From the NCBI GenBank assembly GCA_045637065.1, contig JAZTYQ010000010.1, positions 1 to 61,827 on the forward strand: a stretch of 61,827 bases of DNA, written 5' to 3'. How positions within the stretch are numbered: the stretch's first letter is position 1; each line of letters begins with the position of its first letter. Made by a program: the position numbers and the translations under genes. Shown in pieces: positions 29,001 to 36,928 of this stretch. The stretch is from Acutalibacteraceae bacterium (GTDB taxonomy: Bacteria > Bacillota > Clostridia > Oscillospirales > Acutalibacteraceae). The notes under the pieces were generated by a model that was not told where the DNA came from, made no database searches, and worked only from the letters and a program-made list of their open reading frames with translations.

Positions 29001-31760
29001 TCAACAAGTGTTTTGAAGGCAATTCAGGAAGAATGTAAAACACTTGGAAATGGTGTTCGTTTAGAAATTAAAATTGAAGACTGTAATGTTTCTGATGGAA
29101 AAATCTATTTTTCAATTCGAAATAATAGCAATCGAACAGTTTCCTTAGAAAATGATGGCATTTTGATTATCTTACAGCAGGAAAATCAGCCGGATATCGA
29201 TATTGATATTGAAAGCATAAGAGAATTGCAACGTTTTTCTTTAACTGGAGGCTGTGTACAACTGGTGACATCTTCTGATGATGTTCAAACTACTGTAAAA
29301 ATAAGTGCCTATCGAATTAACAAAGATGGTCTTAAAGAACTAATCAGTTGTGATTGCGAAAGAATTTCTTTTGTGAAATCAGAACAATTATTTGTTCCAG
29401 CGGATTCAGAATACAATGTTAGATCAGCTGTAGACGAAGAAAGTATGCTTTTCGGACGGGAGCATCAAAAAGATTTATTAACAAAAAGCATCCCCAAAGG
29501 AGTAACATTAATTTATGGTCCGTCCAGAATAGGAAAAACATCTTTGATGAACTGGATTCGGAACAAACTAGCCTGCGATCAAGGAAATGTTGCTACAATA
29601 ATTTGCGGTGGCGAGAATGGTTTGGGGAAAAACTCCGATTATTCTAGAAATCTAATTGACGGACATAGTCCACTTCCTTTTGATGATGATTATGGAATGT
29701 CTCAATATCTCTTAGTTGATACAATAATCCACGGATTAACGAGAGATGGCAGAGATAGGCTCGGCAAACCGGCTCAGAAAAAGCTTTCACGCGACCTTAT
29801 TGAAAATATTTTACAAGTATTAAGAGATAGCGGAACAAATATTAAGTCAAAATACTATGAAATAAATGATTTCCTTGAAGAGGAAGGAATAGAGTTATGG
29901 CTAATGCTGGATGAGTTTCAGCAAATTGTTGAAAAATGGCAACCTAACATCTGGTCCGACTTTGTAGAGGTGTGCAATCTTCTTTCAAGTACAGAGAGAA
30001 ACAAACCGCAATGTATTAAACTTATTATTTGTGGCTCAGATGATTTGCTGAAACATATGACGCTAAAAAGAGATTCCGTGTGGAAAAGCGCCTTCCGTTC
30101 AACAATTTCAGTCGGAGCATTATTGCCCGAACCGTTTAAAGCTATGATTGAACAAGATAGAGCGGTTGCTGATACCAACTTACGCTATTCTTCCATGGCT
30201 ATTGAAGCATTGTATAATTATACGGGCGGGGTTGCGCTGTATGGAAAGGAAATATGCAATGCTATTCTTGAAGATATAAAAACCAATCCTCAAAAGTATG
30301 ATTCAAGAACTTGTATATATGCGTTTGACGTAGCAGAAGCAACACAAAGACTCTTGAACAGACAAACGGCTGAATTGAGTACAAAAGCAAAAGAAGGAAT
30401 CAGTGAAATATATGCTGCTGTCACAAAGAATCTGGACGAAAAAACAGAGATGCAGATGTTGTGGTTTATGGCTAAGTGGCTTTATGAGAATAAAAAGAAT
30501 AATGGTTTCCCGGAAAGCGTATTTACAAATGCTATGCTATCCACAAACTTTGCGGAACATCTGAACGACTCTTTGCGTATTGCTGAAGCAAGGGGAATAC
30601 TGCGGCAGAATCATTCTCAATATAGCAATGAGAATTCATTCGTTTTCACGACACTATTTTACTTCTATGCATTTTTTGGAAGCGCAAAAGATAATCTTGA
30701 TGAAAGTCTGATTTTTTCTCAGCTTGATGATTTTGATGTAAGCAATACCTTCGTTTCTGATTTAGAGACAGTCAAACAAATCTTTGGCAATATGGATGAA
30801 GAGTCTCAAGAGTGGGCAATTGGAGGAATGGCTTTATCCGCAAAATCACCAAACATCAGAAAGAAACTGAAAGAAATAGCCGGAAAGAGTTACGAAGGTG
30901 ATGACCGCAGTATAACAGTAAATTCTCAAAATATTACCAATACAATAAATGGTATTTTTGCTGCTGGTGCAGATTTTTCTCAGATAGTTAGCAATTTACA
31001 AAGCTTACCGCGCTTAAATGCATATTTAGGTGAAAGCGGAATTCCTCTGCTGGAAGATCTCGAAAGTGAGAATCCAGAGCTGGTAGTTGAAGCGGAAACA
31101 AACCTAGAATCAACTACTAGTCAGATGGTGTCGGACTATCTTTCTGCACTTGTATCTAATAATGATACACCGGACGAGTTCTGTGTTTGGGATATGCTCA
31201 GAATAACAAAAGGAACATATATGGATATATCGAAAAAGATTCTTCCTTCATTCATGGCTGATTTGTTTTTTGCAGCAAAATTGGATTATATTTTTGAGCT
31301 TGCAAAAAGTGATGAATCTGAAATTGACTGCAGTCCAGTTTGTATTATGTACTGTAAAACTCTTGAAAAAGTTTTAAGGTTCTATCATACTGAAAAATAT
31401 CAAGAATACTTTCCTGAAAACAGCTGTGAGAAAGACTATTTGTTCGGTGATTTGACAACAATGAGTGAAAGGGATCGTAAAGAAATACAAAGTAGAATCC
31501 AGTTAGGCAGCTTCCTATTCCCCATTAAACCGGGCAAGTACAAAGAAGATACTGATTGGATTAATGTACCAAAGTCAAAAAGAAGTGATTGGAGAAAACA
31601 CGGTCAATTGCTAAAAAATGTTGTCCCAATACGCAACAAATCTGCACATGGAAATTCGAACGGTAATATTGTAGGAAAAGCTCAGTTAGAGAAGCTTAAG
31701 AAACTCCTTTTCAGTGATGATGGGATATTAAATATTATAGTTCTTTCAGAAGACGATTGA
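23064..31760 (+). CDS. Giant (2,898 aa) multidomain protein: duplicated N-terminal module + long helical repeat region + STAND/AAA-type P-loop ATPase + C-terminal HEPN-like domain
   Basis: A single uninterrupted ORF with RBS AGGAGGAG 7 nt before the ATG.
- Internal duplication: aa 37-249 vs 276-466 (e.g. SEIVIFNPSNV / LSVIFNPTSI; NPKTGDAQPTIDYSVPIEI / NSKTGLEHPAIDQTVPVRI; TIPGVILPK / SFPGVIVDR).
- Walker A GPSRIGKT at aa 2152-2159 (nt 29517-29540), preceded by FGREHQ.
- Walker B WLMLDEF at aa 2279-2285 (nt 29898-29918).
- R-x4-H motif IRNKSAHG with R2857 and H2862 (nt 31632-31649). Confidence 0.85.
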   Translation: MDNIVNVQESDYFETKIPLDELNAKSTIFDSSLNYSYGVLTMLSKAFACIKPAFFNNSYEEGIEYSPSEIVIFNPSNVALNGIDGKINTTKKMYLVRYRDGGIVNNPKTGDAQPTIDYSVPIEILFGSSKKQCIYMTIENDILVVKTIKVSDSNNKTQKNLEEKHFVEELDETAISILREKIIEDISNQGFSYASEIPQYLYEACGTKDIQQFAHNVREFINNYLPDLFTYESSFEYNNKTIPGVILPKREITEEKIDILKLFNSFGIKQENTDYRIGIVSYCAGKVAFINPGYDETVSEETNALSVIFNPTSIQTVPNNFIFHTKHNIYVVLFAVSGVVLNSKTGLEHPAIDQTVPVRIVKSIVRKDCLSISISTTEISIKYFQEKSFLDSALAALDEKISSRINASKFMLASDFPQIAKESGLLNFRKYADSIELFIEKFLKKYILVKNVAINQKSFPGVIVDRHNRDFIVKITSEKNGNDTANAISKSINSFDEFDALFSEKRYKEALSSVALKKISPQDLPVEYIEKVLTAADRLLFSNERDEIKLNSFQMELFNCSSSRDFIKKWKHNGTFSDNIIEGCCETSIADFVYPEDSTIIVKFLNAIGHKNTVNDNYTGILERFVSCENVLVPHLFLIRAFINNSSTSTQRTISEYCLFIKALKHSPSGGRLTDDFRLYGFKELMYAVNTCLSEIILLPRTVRTHIVAVCFEYCQIEMAKDIISLWDDTQQSTDGRIVNLYFAPNVWDEQYIVDLIKEGANIQLLQRCIAIIWSKYANEPVLPRKFLELLSWIVIDDDPTSIEEILRYPSSKKLNRIDKLNMLVNSFESICTFSYYDIRLFALASYIADEKENYQNLEAVAEPIKIKLRDWESFSDKIFKQACKKTNTLTYETERDYISLFSIFRLDTQHYLQLQAEYSNWFITTKLSTPLTEDEIKEVLNYLYDRKAYAALKDIYSQQNSLIVDDDSEKYAIQYVLSLAFLHKYSEAISFLNKTSIISIAQRNAFLPKILGENFRKNGLSHFAFSCFDDSFTCEEAINLLQSNLSLSQAYSVNSLVAIYIHKEEYVKAAYLYVIYSSKVDKGYFKLYYQCRAFLHDYLDFNRLKSPVHVIDFAFKVLSAEKLISFLDWANGIIVPDIKGNREPHIFQYFYERLVEDPRNKDNWIVFLNHLLKNGLEKNSWNILVCETVLRRVLNNDNRAFSESAITLLCNIGDKKAIPPAFLIYVFQFIEDTKNNNTCKCIIDMMSNDADYNFAVKDNSWLKIYSKEIGHFKTFCLSSYEETNNNLFNDLLVSLRFDLNIKELEGTIKASSSKRLLISKICKNYLEGNDLEETINLLNSPEWGNTSYSEMKAIALLKLVFDNENGLFVDAEDLFDNDETIYRFKYDCVNILKYYPEKKGLFLFNESCNNESYKMLVYTYIFNVIYDQDLYKVLDKKYTDFTSKKELDIYLHFLISSYKMQLVINTTFPSFYKKWRYLKLFLAHFLINPNCIYDSEISELMMGNGHYDEFFTLSYIPFTEYVREFWGLSDLSLDFKTRFLFALLIGDSNDVFENHIETFANLSQNEKDIFKQLIISLDYRDFNEKFYEFYWKDIKAKKFTECLTVAASISDYSFDAIQALSKKYDDVSIELFAKLALNKKHSRVLTEATLIDAETLHNYHSIIVPLLCSRQFIFYINDRFRSLVIRNKQNASFCQRYEYIAKYVVNTKKTNDVSAYLWALYYCIQKEREKAKLIVSDSNILASIPEKWKKEAQRIADYTNGETDRFSPDKSIVDGSEENKKSNTNTRFASTILGRKFTNEKALTTIEEASEAYEHYLSETDNWEKSKYGLLLLCFLSNEKSKRHQDLPSINDFSLELGLLIIKPDTGFSLNERFLVVAALFNNRATYSQSKYSSAYNELKSEFMGLININNSITVWVKYASVIEDFLRESKLLLDFHELKERILEKCSTLTSLDIAYEKKISEYEILLSSFSGLTSNYSTSVLKAIQEECKTLGNGVRLEIKIEDCNVSDGKIYFSIRNNSNRTVSLENDGILIILQQENQPDIDIDIESIRELQRFSLTGGCVQLVTSSDDVQTTVKISAYRINKDGLKELISCDCERISFVKSEQLFVPADSEYNVRSAVDEESMLFGREHQKDLLTKSIPKGVTLIYGPSRIGKTSLMNWIRNKLACDQGNVATIICGGENGLGKNSDYSRNLIDGHSPLPFDDDYGMSQYLLVDTIIHGLTRDGRDRLGKPAQKKLSRDLIENILQVLRDSGTNIKSKYYEINDFLEEEGIELWLMLDEFQQIVEKWQPNIWSDFVEVCNLLSSTERNKPQCIKLIICGSDDLLKHMTLKRDSVWKSAFRSTISVGALLPEPFKAMIEQDRAVADTNLRYSSMAIEALYNYTGGVALYGKEICNAILEDIKTNPQKYDSRTCIYAFDVAEATQRLLNRQTAELSTKAKEGISEIYAAVTKNLDEKTEMQMLWFMAKWLYENKKNNGFPESVFTNAMLSTNFAEHLNDSLRIAEARGILRQNHSQYSNENSFVFTTLFYFYAFFGSAKDNLDESLIFSQLDDFDVSNTFVSDLETVKQIFGNMDEESQEWAIGGMALSAKSPNIRKKLKEIAGKSYEGDDRSITVNSQNITNTINGIFAAGADFSQIVSNLQSLPRLNAYLGESGIPLLEDLESENPELVVEAETNLESTTSQMVSDYLSALVSNNDTPDEFCVWDMLRITKGTYMDISKKILPSFMADLFFAAKLDYIFELAKSDESEIDCSPVCIMYCKTLEKVLRFYHTEKYQEYFPENSCEKDYLFGDLTTMSERDRKEIQSRIQLGSFLFPIKPGKYKEDTDWINVPKSKRSDWRKHGQLLKNVVPIRNKSAHGNSNGNIVGKAQLEKLKKLLFSDDGILNIIVLSEDD

Positions 31761-31945
31761 TTGCTTTTTCAACCATTTGTCGCAGAACATGGCATATAGA
31801 TAAGATAGCATTGTTCTGCGACAGCATTAATGCGTATTTGCATTTTTTATACCCACTTGGAAGAAAAATGGAAATGACGGAAATTATTCAATATAAGAAC
31901 TGTTTTACGGACTTTACATTCAGCTATGCATTTATAGTACTTTTG

Positions 31946-31973
31946 TTGACTTTTTCTGTTTTTCTGCTATAAT
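31946..31973 (+). promoter_or_regulatory. Sigma-A-type promoter upstream of the XRE regulator
   Basis: TTGACT (31946-31951), 16 nt spacer, TGcTATAAT (extended -10; hexamer 31968-31973). Confidence 0.55.
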
Positions 31974-32059
31974 GAAATTGGTTTGATAGGGTCGTTTTTC
32001 TTGCCAAAGTTTTGTGATTTATAGGCTTTATGCCACACAAAAACTTAGGAGGAATAACA

Positions 32060-32443
32060 ATGAAAATAGTTTCCATCAACTACGCTAATGCTTGGCTTAT
32101 GGGGATCGACCCTATTGCAACTGGGAGACAGCTTAAAAAGTTGCGCCGTGACCATCACTTAACGCAAGAGTTCCTGTCGGAGCTGTTTGAACAAGGTGGT
32201 GATTCGGCATCCAGGGTCATTATCAGCATGTGGGAGAACGGCAAGAAACTGCCAACCCTTTCACACATAGTGTTCCTGGCAGAGCTTTACGGCTGCCGTC
32301 TCGACGAGCTGGTCGTGAGTTATCGGCGCTCTCGCGAGGCTGATGATCGGGACCAGCCCGTTCATTTAATAAATATATTTTTATCAAGACGAATGTATGC
32401 AATTGCGTATGTTCGTCTTTTTTTGTATACCTATGATTTATAG
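32060..32443 (+). CDS. XRE-family helix-turn-helix transcriptional regulator
   Basis: ATG 32060 follows TTAGGAGGAATAAC. The sequence GRQLKKLRRDHHLTQEFLSELF...SRVIISMWENGKKLPTLSHIVFLAELYGCRLDELV is a canonical HTH_3/XRE pattern. Confidence 0.8.
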   Translation: MKIVSINYANAWLMGIDPIATGRQLKKLRRDHHLTQEFLSELFEQGGDSASRVIISMWENGKKLPTLSHIVFLAELYGCRLDELVVSYRRSREADDRDQPVHLINIFLSRRMYAIAYVRLFLYTYDL

Positions 32444-32716
32444 GAACATTCTTTTGAATCATTATAATAGAATCATAGCTTAAGGAATGTCGTAATGAAA
32501 ATATCTGAAAAGTTTTTTCTTATAGGAGTTATTCATATTACTCCCATTGACGAAAGGGTGTCTGTTATATAAAAATCACCCTGATGAAGCGATGAAAATT
32601 ACAAATAAATGCCTTGCGTGTAATAAGTTCAAAGGTAATTGATAACCACAAGTTAATATACGGTTTTGCAACTATATGCGATAATAAATACACAATGAAT
32701 CAAGGAGGAATCCCCG

Positions 32717-33106
32717 ATGAAAAAGATCAAAGCACAAGTTAATCCTAAAGACAGAGTTGTGTGTGTTACAGTTACAGGTGCACATAAATTCTACTATCAG
32801 GCCTACAAATCTAAAGAGCGTATGTATCTCTTTACAACAGAAGATTTTTCCGGATCTGTATTTGCCTACTTCCGTGATAATGGCAGGTGCATAAGTGGAT
32901 GTGGTTTCAGCCTTACTATCAAGGAGTTATATGAAGATCGCAAGAGCTACCGAAACCCCAAAATCGCAAAAATTTTTGAACGCCTTCCCGGTATGGTAGA
33001 TTATGTGCTCCGTGAACATACCGAACAGAAGGAAAAGCTCAAGTACAACAATATTGTAAAAAAGCCTAATAAGGTTTTCTATGAAGATCGCGAACTCGCA
33101 GCTTAA
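32717..33106 (+). CDS. Hypothetical protein (orf1 of 10-gene operon)
   Basis: 129 aa, RBS CAAGGAGGAAT, no recognised motif. Confidence 0.55.
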   Translation: MKKIKAQVNPKDRVVCVTVTGAHKFYYQAYKSKERMYLFTTEDFSGSVFAYFRDNGRCISGCGFSLTIKELYEDRKSYRNPKIAKIFERLPGMVDYVLREHTEQKEKLKYNNIVKKPNKVFYEDRELAA

Positions 33107-33123
33107 GAAAGGAGATAAAGATT

Positions 33124-33723
33124 ATGAAAAAGGATTCTTACATTAAAGGTGCTGGAATTAAGTCCATCAGCGCAGCACCGGATTGGGTTATCAAAATCAT
33201 CGGTTGGATTGACAGTTATAAATCTCCCGATGTAGCATCTGCACATCTTAATAAGTATTTGGCCAACCTTGCAAGCAATGAAAAAGATGAAGCACTTTTG
33301 GCAGTAGCTGCTCTTAGGGGATATAGAACGCAAGGTGAAAAATATCTCTACACCATTACGCACACAGATGTAGGTATTACACCTGATATACCCTCTTCCG
33401 ATAATTCACCTGCAGCCCAAAGAGCTTACTCATCAGCTCTTGCAAAGCATAAAAGCAAAATGGCAACAATTACAAGCGCAAAAGAAGCTTTACCTGAAAT
33501 TGATGCTGCTATTACTTCTGGAAACCTCGTTTTTGAGGAACGTCTGGAAAAGACCCGAAACAAAGGAAAACATCAGATTGATGTTTATATCAAAGGAGTA
33601 CGTTCCGGAAAGCACCATAACTTTGCGCCGGAAATCACCTTCGATGATACGGCTCGCTCAAAATACTATGCGGCAAACAAAGGGACTGATGACTTAATTC
33701 ATCAGTATGCTAAAGGAGGGTAA
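33124..33723 (+). CDS. Hypothetical protein (orf2)
   Basis: 199 aa, RBS AAAGGAGAT, 17 nt after orf1. Confidence 0.55.
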   Translation: MKKDSYIKGAGIKSISAAPDWVIKIIGWIDSYKSPDVASAHLNKYLANLASNEKDEALLAVAALRGYRTQGEKYLYTITHTDVGITPDIPSSDNSPAAQRAYSSALAKHKSKMATITSAKEALPEIDAAITSGNLVFEERLEKTRNKGKHQIDVYIKGVRSGKHHNFAPEITFDDTARSKYYAANKGTDDLIHQYAKGG

Positions 33724-33726
33724 ATT

Positions 33727-34182
33727 ATGAAGAACAAAAAAACTAAAACCGAAATTTTAAAACGTCGATTCAAAATCAAGAAAAAGAATGAGCCAGAGGT
33801 AATTAATCCCTTTGGTGAATTCAAATCAAAGTATGCTCATCTCTCAGCATGGAGATACCTTGACAGTGATCAATTTGCCATGTACGAGGCATGTTTCCCG
33901 GATAATGCACGCGAATTCTACACAAAATCAGGGGCGGACAAATATAATCATGATGCTCTTGATCTTGATATTGATAAGCATGTTCTTGATGAACACAAAC
34001 ATATCGATGAACAGTGTGAATCACACTTAGTAGTACTCGAGGATCTTCATATTGGTGTAGAAATTGAAATTACATCGGTAGATGCCAAGATAGAGCAGGT
34101 TAATAAGATGCTTAAAGGCTGCTACTCTGAACGCGATGTACTTAATACCCGTTATGACTCATTTAATAGAAAGGTTGGTTGA
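33727..34182 (+). CDS. Hypothetical coiled-coil protein (orf3)
   Basis: 151 aa, RBS AAAGGAGGGT, 3 nt after orf2. Confidence 0.55.
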   Translation: MKNKKTKTEILKRRFKIKKKNEPEVINPFGEFKSKYAHLSAWRYLDSDQFAMYEACFPDNAREFYTKSGADKYNHDALDLDIDKHVLDEHKHIDEQCESHLVVLEDLHIGVEIEITSVDAKIEQVNKMLKGCYSERDVLNTRYDSFNRKVG

Positions 34183-34187
34183 TTTTT

Positions 34188-35087
34188 ATGAAAACTAATA
34201 ACCCTATTCCTGTAGGAAGCTTTGATTCCGTCTACAATGGCATCAGAAATATTCATAAATCCACAAACACATGGTGGCTTATGAAAGCAACTCTTCTTGT
34301 GTTTCTTATCGGCTTCAGTGCAGTAGACGGTTTCACGCTCTATCCTGTTTTTGAGTATATTTTTGCTTCTTCTCCTCTTGTATTGTATGCCACTACTTTT
34401 GGCACGGCTATTGCCATCAACTTTTTACCATGTATTGCCGCTAGGTTCTATCTTCGCTCAAAGTATGGGCTTCAGGAAAAGAATTACATGTTGTTTTTTG
34501 TGACACTGGGGTTGTTCATGGTGATTTTCGTAGCCCTTGGAGCTTTGAGATTCGCGACTGCCGATGAGGTAATCGGTAATATATCAGGATTTATGTCTTC
34601 TTCCTCAGGCTCCGCAACAGATGACTCAGGTGTTCCCGGTTCAATTCCTATGATAATCGTTCAGATTGCCACTAATCTGCTTACATCTGCGATAGCTTTC
34701 TTCCTGTCGTATTTTTCAGAAAATCCTCTTAAAATGCGCCTTGAAGCAATTGAACTGCAGATTGCCGATTTAGAGGAACGTGCTATAGCTCTTGCATGTG
34801 CAAAGAAAGAGTTGTCTATGTACGACTACGACAAGATGATGGAACATGAGATGCATAAATGCAGGCTTGCACATGAAGCGCTGGATGCCCGCAGAGATGC
34901 TCTCAAGATTGAATCTGACAAGCAGCTTGAAATGATCCTTGGCTCGGCTGATGCAGATACTGTCATAACTGACGATCAGAAAGCAGAGGAAGCTGCCCGA
35001 ACAAGACAGCTATCTGCAGATGATAATATGTCCGATAAAAATGAAACACAAGATAATAATAGCTTTACTACTAAGGAGGTAGCTTGA
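34188..35087 (+). CDS. Integral membrane protein, 4 TM segments + C-terminal coiled-coil tail (orf4)
   Basis: Four hydrophobic segments (e.g. WWLMKATLLVFLIGFSAVDGF, PMIIVQIATNLLTSAIAFFLSYF) are followed by the heptad-like stretch LEAIELQIADLEERAIALACAKKEL... and an acidic tail. TTG 34179 is an alternative start. Confidence 0.6.
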   Translation: MKTNNPIPVGSFDSVYNGIRNIHKSTNTWWLMKATLLVFLIGFSAVDGFTLYPVFEYIFASSPLVLYATTFGTAIAINFLPCIAARFYLRSKYGLQEKNYMLFFVTLGLFMVIFVALGALRFATADEVIGNISGFMSSSSGSATDDSGVPGSIPMIIVQIATNLLTSAIAFFLSYFSENPLKMRLEAIELQIADLEERAIALACAKKELSMYDYDKMMEHEMHKCRLAHEALDARRDALKIESDKQLEMILGSADADTVITDDQKAEEAARTRQLSADDNMSDKNETQDNNSFTTKEVA

Positions 35088-35088
35088 T

Positions 35089-36294
35089 ATGTTTAAAAAA
35101 ATTATTTCTCTTGTAATTGTTCTCGGTTTGGTTGTTACACTTTTTTCCGCCTGTGGTGGTAAAGATAAAGGTAATTCCAATGATAAAGAAATAAATGAGA
35201 ATTCTTCAAAATCCCTTGCCCTTTGTGTCCAGTATACTGCAAATACCGCAACTCCTATGTTAGGTGATTCAGAGGTTTCCAACACCGTTTACGATACAAT
35301 ACGTTCCTCAGGCGGTGTTACCATTATTGAGGTAGACGGTGATTCTTACACCGTTGATAAGGTAATTGCGGAGATTCCCGATAATGTTTCAGATGCAAAA
35401 AAAACTGCGATTTCGAAGCAGATAACAAAGCAGGTTTTAAGTATAGCCGGTTCCGCTGCTCCGAAGACTGGTGAGATCGATGTGCTTAAGGGCTTGATAC
35501 TCGCTGCACGTAACCTGGATACCTCCTGTGATGAAAAAACAGTTCTTTATCTTGGATCTGCGCTCCAGACAGTCGGATATCTTCCTTTTGCTTCGCAAAA
35601 TCTTTTTGATACAGATACGAGTGTTATTATTTCTCAATTGAAGGAGAAAAATGCAATCCCTGAATTTCCCGAAGGTACTACTGTTGTTTTTGCAGGATTA
35701 GGTGATACTGTTGCACCTCAGAAAGATCTTACATATACACAAATTGCTAAGTTGAAGGAGATAATGCAGTCAATATGTGAAGAAGGCGGTGCTGTAGTGG
35801 ATTTTATTACAGCAACCCCCGTATCAGATAACAGCGTAACTGATTTTCCTGCTGTATCCACTGTAACTGTCTATGATGATTATGTTGAAGGAGATCCTAT
35901 TACGGGTCCGCTGAAAATTGATTCAACACAAATTTCCTTTGGGGCTGATTCATATATGCTGAGTGACAAAGCGGCTGCAATAAAGTTTTTAAGTCCTTAT
36001 GTTGATTCCATTAATGCTTCAGACGACACAATCTTTATCTGTGGAACTACAGCCACAGTTGGTAGTAATGACAGTTGTGTAGAGTTTAGCTTAAAGAGAG
36101 CCCAGACAATTGTTGATTTGTTGTGTGAAATGGGGGTCGATTCTGCAAGACTTAAAGCCAAAGGCCTTGGATACGAAAACAGTTTTCATATACTCGACAC
36201 AAATGAAAATGGCACCCTTATTGAAGAAGCTGCTCAGAAAAATCGACTGGTTATAATTATTCCGTCTTCCTGCAGTGATGCCTCAAAAATTTAA
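35089..36294 (+). CDS. Lipoprotein with C-terminal OmpA/MotB-like peptidoglycan-binding domain (orf5)
   Basis: Lipobox LVVTLFSAC-GG. The C-terminus FSLKRAQTIVDLLCEMGVDSARLKAKGLGYEN...AAQKNRLVIII matches the OmpA_C pattern (LSxxRAxxVxxxLxxxGV...G.G...NRRVxI). Confidence 0.75.
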   Translation: MFKKIISLVIVLGLVVTLFSACGGKDKGNSNDKEINENSSKSLALCVQYTANTATPMLGDSEVSNTVYDTIRSSGGVTIIEVDGDSYTVDKVIAEIPDNVSDAKKTAISKQITKQVLSIAGSAAPKTGEIDVLKGLILAARNLDTSCDEKTVLYLGSALQTVGYLPFASQNLFDTDTSVIISQLKEKNAIPEFPEGTTVVFAGLGDTVAPQKDLTYTQIAKLKEIMQSICEEGGAVVDFITATPVSDNSVTDFPAVSTVTVYDDYVEGDPITGPLKIDSTQISFGADSYMLSDKAAAIKFLSPYVDSINASDDTIFICGTTATVGSNDSCVEFSLKRAQTIVDLLCEMGVDSARLKAKGLGYENSFHILDTNENGTLIEEAAQKNRLVIIIPSSCSDASKI

Positions 36295-36364
36295 GAAAAC
36301 CTCTGGTTGAAATCAAAAAAATTGAGACATTACTTTAACAGATATTTTTGAAAGGAATATCTAT

Positions 36365-36613
36365 ATGTACTACTTTATATTGCTGATATTGTATCTTGTC
36401 GTACTTATCCCTTCGACAATTTACTTGACTAGATACAGGGATGTACCGTCTTCAAGACGATTGAGTGCCGGGCTGGGAGTTGCAGGTGTCCTATTCGCTC
36501 CATCAGTTGCGACATTCCTTTGTGAGCTTCTTGTTTCTGTTTTCAGCATAGGTCTGTTTCTTCTTATATTTTTGGGCGGAATAGGCCTTATGCTCAAATC
36601 ACTGTTCCGATAG
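36365..36613 (+). CDS. Small membrane protein, about 3 TM segments (orf6)
   Basis: 82 aa, almost entirely hydrophobic, RBS GAAAGGAAT. Confidence 0.5.
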   Translation: MYYFILLILYLVVLIPSTIYLTRYRDVPSSRRLSAGLGVAGVLFAPSVATFLCELLVSVFSIGLFLLIFLGGIGLMLKSLFR

Positions 36614-36622
36614 GAGAATGTT

Positions 36623-36928
36623 ATGGATTGTTTAAGTGTATTACAATATGGTGGCATCACCGTGCTGATAGTACTTCTTATTATATTTGAAATAAGAAAC
36701 TTTCAGGGCAACAGTTACGCCAACAATTACAGTTATGTTTATTATACCTGTAAAAACACAGCAGTAAGAATAAGACATGTGATGGCTTCGCAGTACAGAA
36801 TCTATATAAAGGACGGGGATTTCTGTCCCGCAGAAACATCCTCTGACCGTTACGGTACATATTTCAGGCTCAAAGCAAGAACTGCTTCAGAGGCAGAAAA
36901 CAGGATAGATGAGCTGTTCAGAGGCTGA
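36623..36928 (+). CDS. Small N-terminally anchored protein (orf7)
   Basis: 101 aa with one N-terminal TM segment (GGITVLIVLLIIF), RBS TAGGAGAAT. Confidence 0.45.
   Translation: MDCLSVLQYGGITVLIVLLIIFEIRNFQGNSYANNYSYVYYTCKNTAVRIRHVMASQYRIYIKDGDFCPAETSSDRYGTYFRLKARTASEAENRIDELFRG

Noticed and set aside
31778-31823. A 12-bp inverted repeat (tgtcgcagaaca...tgttctgcgaca) just after the giant gene, considered as a terminator or operator.
   Set aside because: The 22-nt loop and the lack of a T-run make an intrinsic terminator doubtful. A regulatory role cannot be supported from sequence alone.
34188-36294. orf4 and orf5 as a Zorya ZorA/ZorB-like (MotA/MotB-like) stator pair.
   Set aside because: orf5 is a lipoprotein without the MotB-type N-terminal TM helix and conserved Asp. 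orf4 is much shorter than ZorA. No ZorC/D-like or other Zorya partners are present. The resemblance is kept only as a remark in the operon finding.
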